Positions 1-9,932 of a DNA stretch of 64,000 nt are shown piece by piece. Numbering within the stretch: the first letter of the stretch is position 1; each line of letters opens with the position of its first letter. The translations under genes were made by a program, and so were the position numbers. The notes under the pieces were generated by a model. That model did not search any database and was not told the origin of the DNA. It was given only the letters and a program-made list of their open reading frames with translations. This DNA is from an uncultured Helicobacter sp. Lineage in GTDB: Bacteria > Campylobacterota > Campylobacteria > Campylobacterales > UBA6016. The stretch covers positions 1,133-65,132 of the forward strand of contig CAZMPN010000001.1 of assembly GCA_964568395.1 (NCBI GenBank). The letters run 5' to 3'.

Positions 1-827
1 ACTTTGGTCGGATCTTTGCCGCTGAATGCGCCGCCGCCGTGCGGACAAGCGCCGCCGTAAGTATCTACGATTATTTTTCTACCGGTAAGGCCGGCATCCC
101 CTTGTGGGCCGCCGATGACAAATTTGCCTGTCGGATTTATATAATATTTTATGTTCGCATCCCTAAGCTCGGCCGGTATAACTTTCTCGATAACCTCTTT
201 TATAACGTCTTGTTTTATCTGCTCCTGGCTTATATCTTCGTGATGTTGCGTAGATACAACCACGGCCTCTACTTTTGTCGGGATGCCGTCTATGTATCTG
301 ACAGATACCTGAGACTTGGCGTCAGGTCTAAGATATGGGATGGTGCCGTTTTTTCTGCACTCCGCAAGTCTTTCCGTCAATCTGTGCGAAAGATATATAG
401 GCAGAGGCATCAGAGTCGGGGTCTCGCGGCACGCATACCCAAACATAAGCCCCTGATCGCCGGCGCCTATTTCACCGTCGGCCCTGTCAACGCCTTGGTT
501 TATATCGCTTGATTGTTTACCGAGACCGTCCAGGACAGCCGCGCTCTTATAGTCAAAACCAAAGTCCGCGTCCGTATAACCAATCTCCCTTACTGTTTCC
601 CTTACGATATCTTGAATAGGAAGCCTCATGTCGCTCTCTATCTTCATCTCGCCGGCAACGACGCAAAAACCGTTTGATACCAATGTTTCGCAAGCCACCC
701 TTGCAAGCGAGGGATTTTTAGAGTGCGCAAGGATATAGTCCAACACGGCGTCGCTAATTTGGTCGGCCATTTTGTCCGGATGCCCCTCCGAAACAGATTC
801 AGACGTAAATAGAAAGTTTTTTGACAT
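1..827 (-). CDS. metK: S-adenosylmethionine synthetase (N-terminal ~275 aa; 3' end lies beyond the window start)
   Basis: Absent from the ORF track because it is open at the window edge. Reverse-complement translation from the ATG (complement of 825-827) reads [30 protein letters not shown]...[15 protein letters not shown]...[21 protein letters not shown], the canonical MetK motifs. The listed + ORF 39..512 is its antisense shadow. Confidence 0.95.
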   Translation of the reverse strand, partial: MSKNFLFTSESVSEGHPDKMADQISDAVLDYILAHSKNPSLARVACETLVSNGFCVVAGEMKIESDMRLPIQDIVRETVREIGYTDADFGFDYKSAAVLDGLGKQSSDINQGVDRADGEIGAGDQGLMFGYACRETPTLMPLPIYLSHRLTERLAECRKNGTIPYLRPDAKSQVSVRYIDGIPTKVEAVVVSTQHHEDISQEQIKQDVIKEVIEKVIPAELRDANIKYYINPTGKFVIGGPQGDAGLTGRKIIVDTYGGACPHGGGAFSGKDPTK

Positions 828-920
828 TCAAAAGCCTTTATAGAAATTCAATATTTTTTTTGATTTTACTATGTAAACTATTAACAATAGGGGATTTAGA
901 TAAATAATTAATTTTATTTT

Positions 921-948
921 AATTTCCTAAATAGTAAAATTTCCTAAA
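921..948 (+). promoter_or_regulatory. Tandem 11-bp direct repeat AATTTCCTAAA (921-931, 938-948) in the ahpC promoter region; candidate operator
   Basis: Exact repeat read directly, 17 bp start to start. Each copy overlaps a TAAAAT -10-like hexamer (935-940, 945-950) just upstream of GGAG (961-964) and the ATG at 973. Confidence 0.3.
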
Positions 949-972
949 ATTAAACAAAAAGGAGTTTCTTTT

Positions 973-1575
973 ATGTGCACACTGGTTACAAAAAAAGCAC
1001 CGGACTTTACTGCAAATGCCGTACTTGGCGACAATACAATCGTTGATAATTTCAACCTTTACCAAAATATAGGCGACAAAGGAGCCGTGATATTTTTCTA
1101 CCCGCTAGACTTTACGTTTGTTTGCCCGTCGGAGCTTATCGCTTTCGACCACAGACTAAAAGAGTTTAAAGATAGAGGGATAAACGTTATAGGCGTATCG
1201 GTAGATTCGCATTTTACGCACCTTGCATGGAAAAACACTCCAGTAGAGAAAGGCGGGATCGGCAAAGTAGGGTATCCGCTTGTAGCAGACCTTGATAAGT
1301 CTATAGCGCAAAATTTCGGCGTGCTTCTTGATGCCGGTATAGCGCTAAGAGGCTCATTCCTTCTCGACAAAGACGGAACGGTAAGACATGCGGTAATTAA
1401 CGACCTTCCGCTTGGAAGAAATATCGACGAGATGATAAGGGTTGTTGATGCGATGCTATTTACAAACGAATACGGCGAAGTTTGTCCTGCGGGATGGAAC
1501 AAAGGCGATAAAGGCATGAAAGCAAACCCTGAAGGTGTTGCAGAGTATCTAGCCGGCAACGCCGACAAACTATAA
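973..1575 (+). CDS. ahpC: Alkyl hydroperoxide reductase / 2-Cys peroxiredoxin (AhpC/TsaA)
   Basis: 200 aa. Contains VTKKAPDFTA, peroxidatic Cys in FYPLDFTFVCPSE and resolving Cys in EVCPAGW. Near-colinear with Campylobacter AhpC as I recall it. Confidence 0.95.
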   Translation: MCTLVTKKAPDFTANAVLGDNTIVDNFNLYQNIGDKGAVIFFYPLDFTFVCPSELIAFDHRLKEFKDRGINVIGVSVDSHFTHLAWKNTPVEKGGIGKVGYPLVADLDKSIAQNFGVLLDAGIALRGSFLLDKDGTVRHAVINDLPLGRNIDEMIRVVDAMLFTNEYGEVCPAGWNKGDKGMKANPEGVAEYLAGNADKL

Positions 1576-1584
1576 TAGAAGCTG

Positions 1585-1602
1585 CCGCCCTTTCTTGGGC
1601 GG
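1585..1602. terminator. GC-rich hairpin between convergent ahpC and dxs (CCGCCC-tttctt-GGGCGG)
   Basis: Inverted repeat read directly; lies in the 33-bp gap between two convergent stop codons. Confidence 0.5.
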
Positions 1603-1608
1603 GATAGC

Positions 1609-3471
1609 CTAATTTTCTAAACTGCTTTTTATATTTTTTTGAATTCTGTTTTTTACCTTCAATGCCAGCTGTTCCGGCAAAATTCCCAGATTGGCTTCCA
1701 CATCCAAAGTTTTTCCATGCGTTATGAAAGAGTCCTCATACTCGAAGCTTTCAATTCTAACATCGGCTATCCCCTCTTCTTGCAAGAAAAGAGCCAATAT
1801 CTCGCCGACTCCGCCCATTTTAGAAGAGTCGCTAAAGATAAACCATTTTTTATATCTTTTTGCGCACTCTTTTAGGCTATCCTTGTCAAGCGGTTTTAAA
1901 AACCTCAGATCCAAAAGTCCGGCCTGCACGCCATCTTTTTTCAAAAAACCTGACGTTTTATAGGCTCTTCCGACTCCGTTGCCATACCCCACAAACAACA
2001 CTTCACAGTTGCCGCTTTCGAGCAGCTGCGCTTTTTTATTCTCAAAACCGTTGCATCCAAAATCGGCGTCCAGCAGGAACATACCTCTTGGATATCTTAA
2101 TGCGCAAGGTCTGTCAAGCCTGTGCGCATAATCCATCGCATTTCTTAATGTTTTTTCGTCTCTCGGGGCAAAAAGCTCCATATTCGGTATGCTTCTGAGA
2201 TATGATATATCGAAAGCCCCTTGATGCGTCTCGCCGTCTTCTCCGACAATCCCCGCCCTGTCTATAGCAAAAACCACCGGCAAGTTTTGAAGGGCGACAT
2301 CATGCACGATTTGGTCATAGGCTCTTTGCAAAAATGTCGAATATATCGCCACAAACGGCTTAAACCCCTCTTTCGCCATAGCCGCCATAGACGTAACCGC
2401 ATGCTGCTCGCATATCGCCACATCCCAAAACCTGTCAGGATAACGCTCCAGCAAACTGTCAAGCCCCGTTCCACTAGGCATCGCCGCAGTTACGCCTACT
2501 ATTTTATCGTCGGCCGCAGCAAGCTCGGACAGCTTTTCGCTAAATATCGCCGTAGCGCTTCTCGCTTTTGATTTAGATAGTTCACCCTTATCCTTGTCAA
2601 ACGGTCCAACCCCGTGCCAATGTTCATGCTTGCCTTCGGCTGGCGCATATCCCTTACCCTTTGTTGTTTGCACGTGGACTATTACCGGTTTTTTCATGGA
2701 TTTTGCTATCGTAAATAGCTCTATCAAGTCTTTTAGGTCGTGTCCGTCTGCCGGCCCTATATAGTCAAGCCCGAGCTCTTCAAACAGTATACCCGGGGTT
2801 ATAAGCTTAAACCCTCGCTCAAAGCGCCTCATTACATAATCGACGGATGACGGCAAAGACTCCAAAACACCCTCTACTTTTCTCTTAAACCCCTGATATG
2901 TTTTTGATGAGAGCGCCTTACTGAGATATTCGCTTATGGCGCCGATCGGCTTTGCTATGCTCATCTCGTTGTCGTTTAGTATTATTACCATCGGATATTT
3001 ATGGTGCCCAAGCTCGTTTAGCGCCTCATACACCATTCCGGCGGTCATGGAGCCGTCTCCGATAAGCACGACCGGAACCCTATCTTCGCCTTTTAGGGAT
3101 ATCGCTTTTGCCGCGCCCACCGCCGCCGATATAGAAGTAGAGCTATGACCGGCTACGAAATAATCAAACTTAGACTCGCTCGGCTTTGTAAACCCGCACA
3201 CGCCGCCAAACTGCCTAAGGGTAGAAAATTCGTCCCATCTGCCGGTTAGCAGCTTATGCGCATAAGCTTGATGGCTAACGTCGAATATAAAAGGGTCTTT
3301 CGAAACGTCGAACACATAATGCATGGCCGTTATGATCTCTACTGCGCCCAACGAACTAGTCAGGTGCCCGCCGTTGAGACTCACGACCTCCAAAATCCTC
3401 TCTCTGATTTTTTCGGTAAGCTCCTGCAGCCCGGCAATATCCATATTTTTTATATCAACTATTGTCGCCAA
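1609..3471 (-). CDS. dxs: 1-deoxy-D-xylulose-5-phosphate synthase
   Basis: 620 aa. Contains GHSSTSISAAVGAAKA and the ThDP motif GDGSMTAGMVYEALN, plus a transketolase-like C-terminus. Confidence 0.95.
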   Translation of the reverse strand: MATIVDIKNMDIAGLQELTEKIRERILEVVSLNGGHLTSSLGAVEIITAMHYVFDVSKDPFIFDVSHQAYAHKLLTGRWDEFSTLRQFGGVCGFTKPSESKFDYFVAGHSSTSISAAVGAAKAISLKGEDRVPVVLIGDGSMTAGMVYEALNELGHHKYPMVIILNDNEMSIAKPIGAISEYLSKALSSKTYQGFKRKVEGVLESLPSSVDYVMRRFERGFKLITPGILFEELGLDYIGPADGHDLKDLIELFTIAKSMKKPVIVHVQTTKGKGYAPAEGKHEHWHGVGPFDKDKGELSKSKARSATAIFSEKLSELAAADDKIVGVTAAMPSGTGLDSLLERYPDRFWDVAICEQHAVTSMAAMAKEGFKPFVAIYSTFLQRAYDQIVHDVALQNLPVVFAIDRAGIVGEDGETHQGAFDISYLRSIPNMELFAPRDEKTLRNAMDYAHRLDRPCALRYPRGMFLLDADFGCNGFENKKAQLLESGNCEVLFVGYGNGVGRAYKTSGFLKKDGVQAGLLDLRFLKPLDKDSLKECAKRYKKWFIFSDSSKMGGVGEILALFLQEEGIADVRIESFEYEDSFITHGKTLDVEANLGILPEQLALKVKNRIQKNIKSSLEN

Positions 3472-4249
3472 GCAAATCCTCTTTGACTTTTAGAAATCTG
3501 GAGTTTATGTTGCCGTCCAAATTGCCTATGTCGCTAAGAACGACAACGCCTCCTCTGGCAATAGCGTCATCTTCTTCCACGACTATTTTCGTTTCGCCCT
3601 CCAATGCGCGCTTTAAATATTCAGCGTCCAGCTTGTTTACTTTAACTTTTATTTTTGAGGCGTCCTTTAGCTTTCCGAGAAGCTCTTTTGCCAAAGAGAG
3701 GGCAACTTTCGAGGAGTTTTCGCCAACCTCTTTTTTTATGACCTGCTCCGCAATCGAAACCGCTGTTTTTGCCAGCTCCGATTCAATCTCTGAAAGCTTG
3801 CTCGCAAAATTACCGCTAACCTCTTCAAGTTTTTTTACAGACGAAAGGAGCATTCTGTCGTTATCTTCGCATTTTGCCTTATATGAAGCGTCCAGCTCGC
3901 TTGTGGCTGCGCCGAATCCGTCGTCGTACGCTCTTTTTTTCTCCTCTTCGAGTCTTGCGCTAAAATCTGCCTGTTGCCTCTCCATCTGCATTTCCATCTT
4001 TATGAGGCTAGATGAGAGCTCGTCTATTTTCTTAAGAAGAGTCTCTACGTGTACCGAGCTTATAGACTCTTGCGCCGCCGGCTGTTCGTCGCACTGCTGG
4101 ATTATCTGCGGCGTGTACGGCGCAGGCTGTTTTTGTTTTTGCGCCATAGGCTGCTCAAGGATCGCCTCGTCGCCCTCGAACGCTTTATATTGATACTTAT
4201 TGATCGAATATTTGCTTGAGGTTTTGCCTTGAATTACCTTTTCGGTCAA
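3455..4249 (-). CDS. fliH: Flagellar assembly protein FliH
   Basis: 264 aa, coiled/charged middle region. Its position directly after fliF-fliG and before dxs matches C. jejuni. Overlaps the dxs start by 17 nt. Confidence 0.7.
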   Translation of the reverse strand: MTEKVIQGKTSSKYSINKYQYKAFEGDEAILEQPMAQKQKQPAPYTPQIIQQCDEQPAAQESISSVHVETLLKKIDELSSSLIKMEMQMERQQADFSARLEEEKKRAYDDGFGAATSELDASYKAKCEDNDRMLLSSVKKLEEVSGNFASKLSEIESELAKTAVSIAEQVIKKEVGENSSKVALSLAKELLGKLKDASKIKVKVNKLDAEYLKRALEGETKIVVEEDDAIARGGVVVLSDIGNLDGNINSRFLKVKEDLLGDNS

Positions 4250-4250
4250 A

Positions 4251-5276
4251 TCACACCACCGTCTCTTCGGCTTCGCCTAGCTGGATTACGCCTTGCTCTA
4301 CAAGTTTTTGCACGGTCTCGACAACTCTTCTTTGCGAGCCTTCCACCTCTTTTAGCTTTACGGCCCCAAGGAACTGCAACTCTTCCAGCAACGCTTCCGC
4401 GGCTTTTTTAGACATATTTGTCATAACCTTCTCCTTCATCTCTTCGGATGCGGTTTTAAGAGCAAGCACGAGATCTTTTTTGTCGACGGCCTTGAGAATT
4501 TCTTGGATAGCTTTGGAATCGAGCTTTGATATATCCTCAAACGTAAACATCATGTCTTTGATGGCGTTCGCAAGCGCCTCGTCCGCTTGTTCGATATACG
4601 AGATAGTGGCTTTCGCATTCTTTTGGGATAGCCTGTTGAATATATCCGCAACCGCTCTCGGCCCGCCCACTTCGACTTTGTAGGACGTAAGGCTCTCCAG
4701 CTTGTTTTCCAAGATAGTGGAAACCCTCTTGATGATGGTCGGGGATATATCGCCTAGATTTGCCATTCTCATCGCAACCTCGGCCCTAAGGTCGTCCGGA
4801 AAGCGGCTAAGCGTCTCGGCGGCTCCCGTAGCATCCATATGGGCCAAAATAAGAGCGACCGTCTGCGGGTGCTCGTTTACGATAAAGTCCGCAAGCTGCT
4901 GAGGTTTGATTTTGGACAGGAACGCAAAGTTTTGGCCGGTCTGCATGCTTTTTGCAAGTTTGTCGAGGACTTTTTTGGCCTCTTCCGGTCCAAGCGCCTT
5001 AAATAGTATCTCTTTGGCGTACTCCATACCGCCGGAAGAGATATACTGATTTGACTGCATGATGGCGTGGAACTCTTCGAGTATCGCCGTGGCGACCTGC
5101 TTATCTACCGTCGAACTTCTGGCTATGTATTTGGATATTTGAGTGATAGAGTCTATGCTCATATGCGAAAAGAGCTGCGCCGTTACGTCCTCGCCCAGAA
5201 GATTTAGGAATATGGCAACCTTTTCAGACATTGAAAGTTCGTCATATTGGCTCTGAAGTTGAGGAGGTAGATTCAT
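4251..5276 (-). CDS. fliG: Flagellar motor switch protein FliG
   Basis: 341 aa. Contains MFTFEDISKLD and the typical FliG N-, middle and C-terminal domains. Confidence 0.95.
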   Translation of the reverse strand: MNLPPQLQSQYDELSMSEKVAIFLNLLGEDVTAQLFSHMSIDSITQISKYIARSSTVDKQVATAILEEFHAIMQSNQYISSGGMEYAKEILFKALGPEEAKKVLDKLAKSMQTGQNFAFLSKIKPQQLADFIVNEHPQTVALILAHMDATGAAETLSRFPDDLRAEVAMRMANLGDISPTIIKRVSTILENKLESLTSYKVEVGGPRAVADIFNRLSQKNAKATISYIEQADEALANAIKDMMFTFEDISKLDSKAIQEILKAVDKKDLVLALKTASEEMKEKVMTNMSKKAAEALLEELQFLGAVKLKEVEGSQRRVVETVQKLVEQGVIQLGEAEETVV

Positions 5277-6988
5277 CAGATTTCCTTCTTCATGGTAGGT
5301 ATGCCTGCTTGCGCGGCAGTTTCGTCAACAACCAACGTCTCAAGCAGGTTCGCCAAGTCTTCGGAGTGCTCTTCGGCGGCGCTTTTGATTTTTTCGAGCA
5401 ACACCTCATATTTAAGGGACTCTTCATTGAGAGAGCCGGATATACCCAGCTGCTGCTCGACCCTTTTTCTCATCTCCGCAAGCTTGCCGTGCGTATCCTC
5501 AAGCTCCTCTTCGTCAAAAACGAACTCTTTCGGTTTTTGGGCGGCTTCCTCTATCGGAATCTCCATCATTCTCTGCGCAAACGGGGCTATGACTTTATTA
5601 TAAAGCACAAACAGTATTGCGGCGGCGGCGATATATTTCAGTACGTCTACGGCAGGGCCGATTATAAACCCGTACTCTTGCAATGCGGCTTTCACACCGG
5701 TAGGCTTACCGGTAAGGCCTGTATTAAATCTAAAGTTGGAGACGCTTATTTCGTCCCCTCTTTTTTGGTCAAAACCGACCGCCTGCTTAACGAGAGCGTT
5801 TATTTTTTCTAGCTCGGCATTGTCGAGAGGAGCGTATTTTAGCTCCCCGCCTTTTTGCTCGTCAGGCGTATATTTACCGTCTACGACAACGGCCGCCGTA
5901 ATTCTTTTTATGGCGGCGTATTCGCCTTTTACGTTCGAAACCGTTTTCGAAATTTCATAATTTGTGGTGCCCGTAGATTTGCTGTATTTTTCAGTCGGAT
6001 TTCCGCTTTCAATACCTTGCACCGGCCCTATATTGCTAACCGCGCCGGGTACGCCGCCGATTTCCGGCTGTTTAAACCCCTCCCTCTTCTCTTCCGAAGT
6101 CTGTTCGCTTCTAACGACGCTATTTGGGTCGAAGCTCTCGGACGTGGTCTCTTTTTTGGAGAAATCAAACTCGACCGTTACTTTTGCCACAACCCTATCG
6201 TTGCCGCCGACTACCGGAGCAAGCATATTCGAAATCTTCTCTTCATAGATTTTTTCGAAATCTTTTTTGTATTTCATCTGCTGTTTCGCAGCTTCTCCGG
6301 CAACCGTGTCCTCGTCGTCGCTTCCAAGGAGATCGCCGTTTTCGTTCACTATCTTGACGTTTTCCGGAGTCATTTTCGTCACGCCGGCCGCAACAAGATT
6401 TTTAACGCCCATGATCTGCTTTGGAGTCAAGACCATATTCGGTTTTAAGGTGATTACGACGGAAGCCGTAGGGAGGGTATCTTTTTCGGCAAAAACCGAC
6501 TCTTTCGGTTTGGCTATATGGACGACCGCCTTCGATACCGCATTTATACTTTCGATAGTTTTTGAGAGTTCGCCCTCCAAAGCCCTGTTGTATTTTACCT
6601 GCTGGTCAAAATCGGTAGCGCCGAACTCCTGTTTGTCGAACAGCTCGAAACCGACCCTGGAATCTTTTGGCAAACCCATAGCCGCAACATCCAGACGAAG
6701 CTTGTTGACTTTATCTTCAGGCACCTCTATGACGCCGTCTCTTGGAATCTTATACGGAACTTTTTGCTTATCGAGCTCAGCCACTATAAGGCCCGCATCC
6801 TTCGGATTGATGCCCTCGAACATTACCTTGTAACCGTCGTCCGATTTTTTCGGACCCGTATTGAAAATAACCAAAAACGCCACAAGCGCCACTACAGCCA
6901 CAAGCGTAGATATAATTACCGCTTTTTGCTTCGTATTTAGCTTCTTTAGAAGCTCGCTAAGCTGGGCTATAAGGGCTTGTATGTCCAT
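5276..6988 (-). CDS. fliF: Flagellar M-ring protein FliF
   Basis: 570 aa with N-terminal and C-terminal TM segments and a YscJ/FliF-type periplasmic core. The stop overlaps the fliG ATG (TGATG). Confidence 0.95.
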   Translation of the reverse strand: MDIQALIAQLSELLKKLNTKQKAVIISTLVAVVALVAFLVIFNTGPKKSDDGYKVMFEGINPKDAGLIVAELDKQKVPYKIPRDGVIEVPEDKVNKLRLDVAAMGLPKDSRVGFELFDKQEFGATDFDQQVKYNRALEGELSKTIESINAVSKAVVHIAKPKESVFAEKDTLPTASVVITLKPNMVLTPKQIMGVKNLVAAGVTKMTPENVKIVNENGDLLGSDDEDTVAGEAAKQQMKYKKDFEKIYEEKISNMLAPVVGGNDRVVAKVTVEFDFSKKETTSESFDPNSVVRSEQTSEEKREGFKQPEIGGVPGAVSNIGPVQGIESGNPTEKYSKSTGTTNYEISKTVSNVKGEYAAIKRITAAVVVDGKYTPDEQKGGELKYAPLDNAELEKINALVKQAVGFDQKRGDEISVSNFRFNTGLTGKPTGVKAALQEYGFIIGPAVDVLKYIAAAAILFVLYNKVIAPFAQRMMEIPIEEAAQKPKEFVFDEEELEDTHGKLAEMRKRVEQQLGISGSLNEESLKYEVLLEKIKSAAEEHSEDLANLLETLVVDETAAQAGIPTMKKEI

Positions 6989-6991
6989 CTG

Positions 6992-8086
6992 TTAGCACTG
7001 AACCTTTTTAAATTCTTCGAAAAATCTATCGTTTTGGGCGCTGCTGCCTATCGTAATCCTAATGCCGTTTAACGCATAACTCGTCAAATCCCTGACGATT
7101 ACGCCTTTTCTCAGAAGCGCCTCCGCAATCTCTTTTGAGGATTTATCCTTAAAGAAATAGGTTATGAAGTTTGTATAGCTGTCTATAGTCTCGATTCCGT
7201 TTTGCTTCGCGAACTCTTCATATCTCTTCATTTCGTCGAAGTTTTGCTCTACGCTATTTTGGACAAACTCTTCGTCTTTTAGCGCGGCCAAAGCGGCGCA
7301 AGCTGACAGGTTAGCCACGTTAAACGGAGGTCTTACCTTGTAAAAAGCTTTTATTACGCTCTCCTCGCCTATTCCGTATCCGACCCTCATGCCTCCAAGC
7401 CCGTATGCTTTAGAGAAAGTACCGAGATAAACGGCGTTCGGAAATTTAGATATAAGCTCGCTAGGCTCTATTAGCACATCCTTGTTTTTATATGCGGCAT
7501 ACTCCATATATGCACAATCCACGATAGCCAGCGTATCCTTATCCAGATGCGACAAAATATCGTAAACTTCGGCTCTCGTAATACACTCTCCGAGCGGATT
7601 ATTCGGCACGCATATAAACACTATAGCAGGCCTCAATTTATCATAAGTTGTTTTAAATTGTTGCACATTGTGTAAAAGCCCGTCGGTTCTTACGATTTCG
7701 GCGCCGCACACTTTTGCGTAAATCTCATACATCGCAAAAGTCACTTTATTCATCAGTACTTTGTCGCCCTCTTTCAGTTTTGCCTTTGTAGCAAACTCTA
7801 GCACCTGATCGCTTCCGGCGCCCAAAATGATATTTTTTTCGCTTACGTTAAACTTTGACGCAAGCGCGCCTTTTAGCTCGAAATAACTGTCATCCGGATA
7901 TAGAGACATCTTCTGGGCAAACTCCCTGACAGCTTCTACGACTTTCGGAGATGTCCCGTTTGGGTTTTCGTTGCTGGCGAGCTTTACCACGTCTTTTGGT
8001 TCTATGCCAAACTCTCGCACGACAAGCTCTATCGGCTTTCCGGCCTCATAAACTTTTAGATTTTCTAGATTTTCGTTAAATTTCAT
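6992..8086 (-). CDS. hisC: Histidinol-phosphate aminotransferase
   Basis: Contains LASNENPNG and the PLP-Lys motif [15 protein letters not shown] place the start at the internal ATG ([11 protein letters not shown]), which forms an ATGA overlap with the pheA stop. The ORF track extends to 8116. Confidence 0.9.
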   Translation of the reverse strand: MKFNENLENLKVYEAGKPIELVVREFGIEPKDVVKLASNENPNGTSPKVVEAVREFAQKMSLYPDDSYFELKGALASKFNVSEKNIILGAGSDQVLEFATKAKLKEGDKVLMNKVTFAMYEIYAKVCGAEIVRTDGLLHNVQQFKTTYDKLRPAIVFICVPNNPLGECITRAEVYDILSHLDKDTLAIVDCAYMEYAAYKNKDVLIEPSELISKFPNAVYLGTFSKAYGLGGMRVGYGIGEESVIKAFYKVRPPFNVANLSACAALAALKDEEFVQNSVEQNFDEMKRYEEFAKQNGIETIDSYTNFITYFFKDKSSKEIAEALLRKGVIVRDLTSYALNGIRITIGSSAQNDRFFEEFKKVQC

Positions 8087-9159
8087 TCGATACCTTTCAC
8101 AAAACTTCCGAGCCACTTTATCTTATCTTCAAATCCGGCAAGTGCCTTTTTGACCTTTTCATCCCTAATGTGTCCGTCAAAATCTATATAGAAAATATAG
8201 CTGAACCCCTCGTCCTTTGCCGGCCTGGACTCTATTTTTGAGAGATTGATGCCTGACTGCTCGAAGCTAGACAAAAACTTGGCCAGCGCCCCCGGAGTAT
8301 TATCCAGACGCACCAATACCGAGCTTTTATCGTTTCCGCTAGGGGAATTTTCAAAATCGCTTATTATTACGAATCTCGTTTCGTTGTAGCCGTTGTCTTC
8401 TATATGCTCATACATAACCGGCAGATTGTAAAGCTTTGCGGCGATATGCGAACAGATTGCCGCGCTCGTCTCGTCCTCGCTCGCCAGCTGGGCGGCTTTA
8501 GCGGTGGAGGCTATAGGAATCAGCTGTACGTTGTCTAGCCCGCTCTCTCTCAAAAATTCGCCGCACTGGCCGAATGCGACGTCTTTTGAATATATCTTTT
8601 TTATGTGCGACATATGGGCGGCCCTTGTGGCAAGCGAATGGCTAATCTTCATGGACATCTCCGCCACTATCTTAAGATGGCTGCGGCCGAGCAAGTCTAT
8701 GGACTCCCCGACGATTCCTTCTATGTTGTTCTCTATCGGTATTACGCCGTATTTCGCTTTTTTGCTCTCTACCGCACGAAATACGGAGGCTATCGTCGAC
8801 ATAGGCAGATATTCCGATATTTGGCCGAATCTGCTCTCCGCGGCCTGATGGGTAAACGTCCCTTCCGGCCCTAGATATGCAACGGTTTCAGGCTTTTCTA
8901 TATTTCTAGATACCGCGAAAATCTCCAGGAATATAGCTTCTATAGCCTCGGCATTCAGAGCCCCGCCGCTCTCCAAGCTCTGTTTTGATAGTCTGGAGAG
9001 TATCTCTTTTTCCCGCTCCGGCCTATAGATGCTTTTATCTTCGCTGGCATGCTTAATCCTGCCTACCTCTTTTACAAGCTCCATTCTGGCGTTTAGAAGC
9101 GATAGCAGTTTGTCGTCTATCTCGTCTATCTTGCCTCTTATCTCTTTTAGGTCGGCCAC
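8083..9159 (-). CDS. pheA: Bifunctional chorismate mutase / prephenate dehydratase
   Basis: 358 aa. N-terminal chorismate mutase helix ([26 protein letters not shown]), prephenate dehydratase motif [15 protein letters not shown], and an ACT region with ESRP. Confidence 0.9.
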   Translation of the reverse strand: MADLKEIRGKIDEIDDKLLSLLNARMELVKEVGRIKHASEDKSIYRPEREKEILSRLSKQSLESGGALNAEAIEAIFLEIFAVSRNIEKPETVAYLGPEGTFTHQAAESRFGQISEYLPMSTIASVFRAVESKKAKYGVIPIENNIEGIVGESIDLLGRSHLKIVAEMSMKISHSLATRAAHMSHIKKIYSKDVAFGQCGEFLRESGLDNVQLIPIASTAKAAQLASEDETSAAICSHIAAKLYNLPVMYEHIEDNGYNETRFVIISDFENSPSGNDKSSVLVRLDNTPGALAKFLSSFEQSGINLSKIESRPAKDEGFSYIFYIDFDGHIRDEKVKKALAGFEDKIKWLGSFVKGIE

Positions 9160-9161
9160 TA

Positions 9162-9917
9162 CTATATCCTTATATCAGCTATGCTGGAATAAACCGCATC
9201 CGGCTGCTCGTCGTCTTTTAAGAAAGGAAGTATCTGTTCTTTTTTATCATACTTGCCGCTGAGCACCAAGACCGTTTTCATATCCATCTTCTTCGCTCCG
9301 ATAAGATCGCCTATCGCATCGTCGCTAATTACGGTAACCGTGCTTTTATCTTTTGAGCCGAGCATCGAGAGGGCCTTTTTGTAAAAGTCGCAGCTAGGCT
9401 TGCCGACCGTCTTCGCCTTCACCCCGGTAGCAAACTCCAAAGCCTTCGCGATAGCGCCGAGTCCCGGATATTTCCTGCCGTTTTTAGCGTATACGGCGGT
9501 CGCATGCATCGCTATTAGCTTGGCTCCGCCCTGTATGATTTCGACGGCCGTAGCCATGTCGTCGTAACTTAGGTTTTCCTTTAGTGATATTACCAAAAAA
9601 TCGGGTTTTTCGCTAAAAACATACCCTTGGTTTTTTAGAGCCTCCACGAAATTGTCGCTGCCTATCGCCGCTATCGTTTTGTTGCCGACGTAGCTTTTTA
9701 GGCACATAAGCGGGTCGATATAAGCCTCGTCGCTAAAAGAAAAACCGAGCCCCCTTAGATAGCCTTTGAACTCTTCGGAGGGGAGCTTGGTGTTATTCGT
9801 TATCAAAACATACGGGATTTCTTTGCTGTTTAACGAATCTATGAACTCTATCGCCCCTTTGATCGGCTCTCTTTTTTTATCGTCAATCAGCGTTCCTTGA
9901 ATATCAACCAGATACAA
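9162..9917 (-). CDS. HAD-superfamily hydrolase, subfamily IIA (NagD-like sugar phosphatase)
   Basis: 251 aa. N-terminal D-x-x-G-T type motif (LVDIQGTL) and a C-terminal GD motif (SDDAIGDLIGA). Same position between lysA and pheA as in C. jejuni. Confidence 0.7.
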   Translation of the reverse strand: MYLVDIQGTLIDDKKREPIKGAIEFIDSLNSKEIPYVLITNNTKLPSEEFKGYLRGLGFSFSDEAYIDPLMCLKSYVGNKTIAAIGSDNFVEALKNQGYVFSEKPDFLVISLKENLSYDDMATAVEIIQGGAKLIAMHATAVYAKNGRKYPGLGAIAKALEFATGVKAKTVGKPSCDFYKKALSMLGSKDKSTVTVISDDAIGDLIGAKKMDMKTVLVLSGKYDKKEQILPFLKDDEQPDAVYSSIADIRI

Positions 9918-9932
9918 CTTCTAACTACTTCC

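Noticed and set aside
39-512. 157-aa + strand ORF at the window start
   Set aside because: It lies entirely antisense to the unmistakable metK coding sequence (minus strand, 1-827). No motif is present, so it is a shadow ORF.
3462-4193. 243-aa + strand ORF rich in Ser/Ala/Phe opposite fliH. The same pattern appears at 1098-1568, 5292-6833 (several ORFs) and 15070-15654
   Set aside because: These are long antisense ORFs with low-complexity S/A/L/F-rich translations opposite well-supported genes. This is the expected consequence of codon bias, not of overlapping genes.
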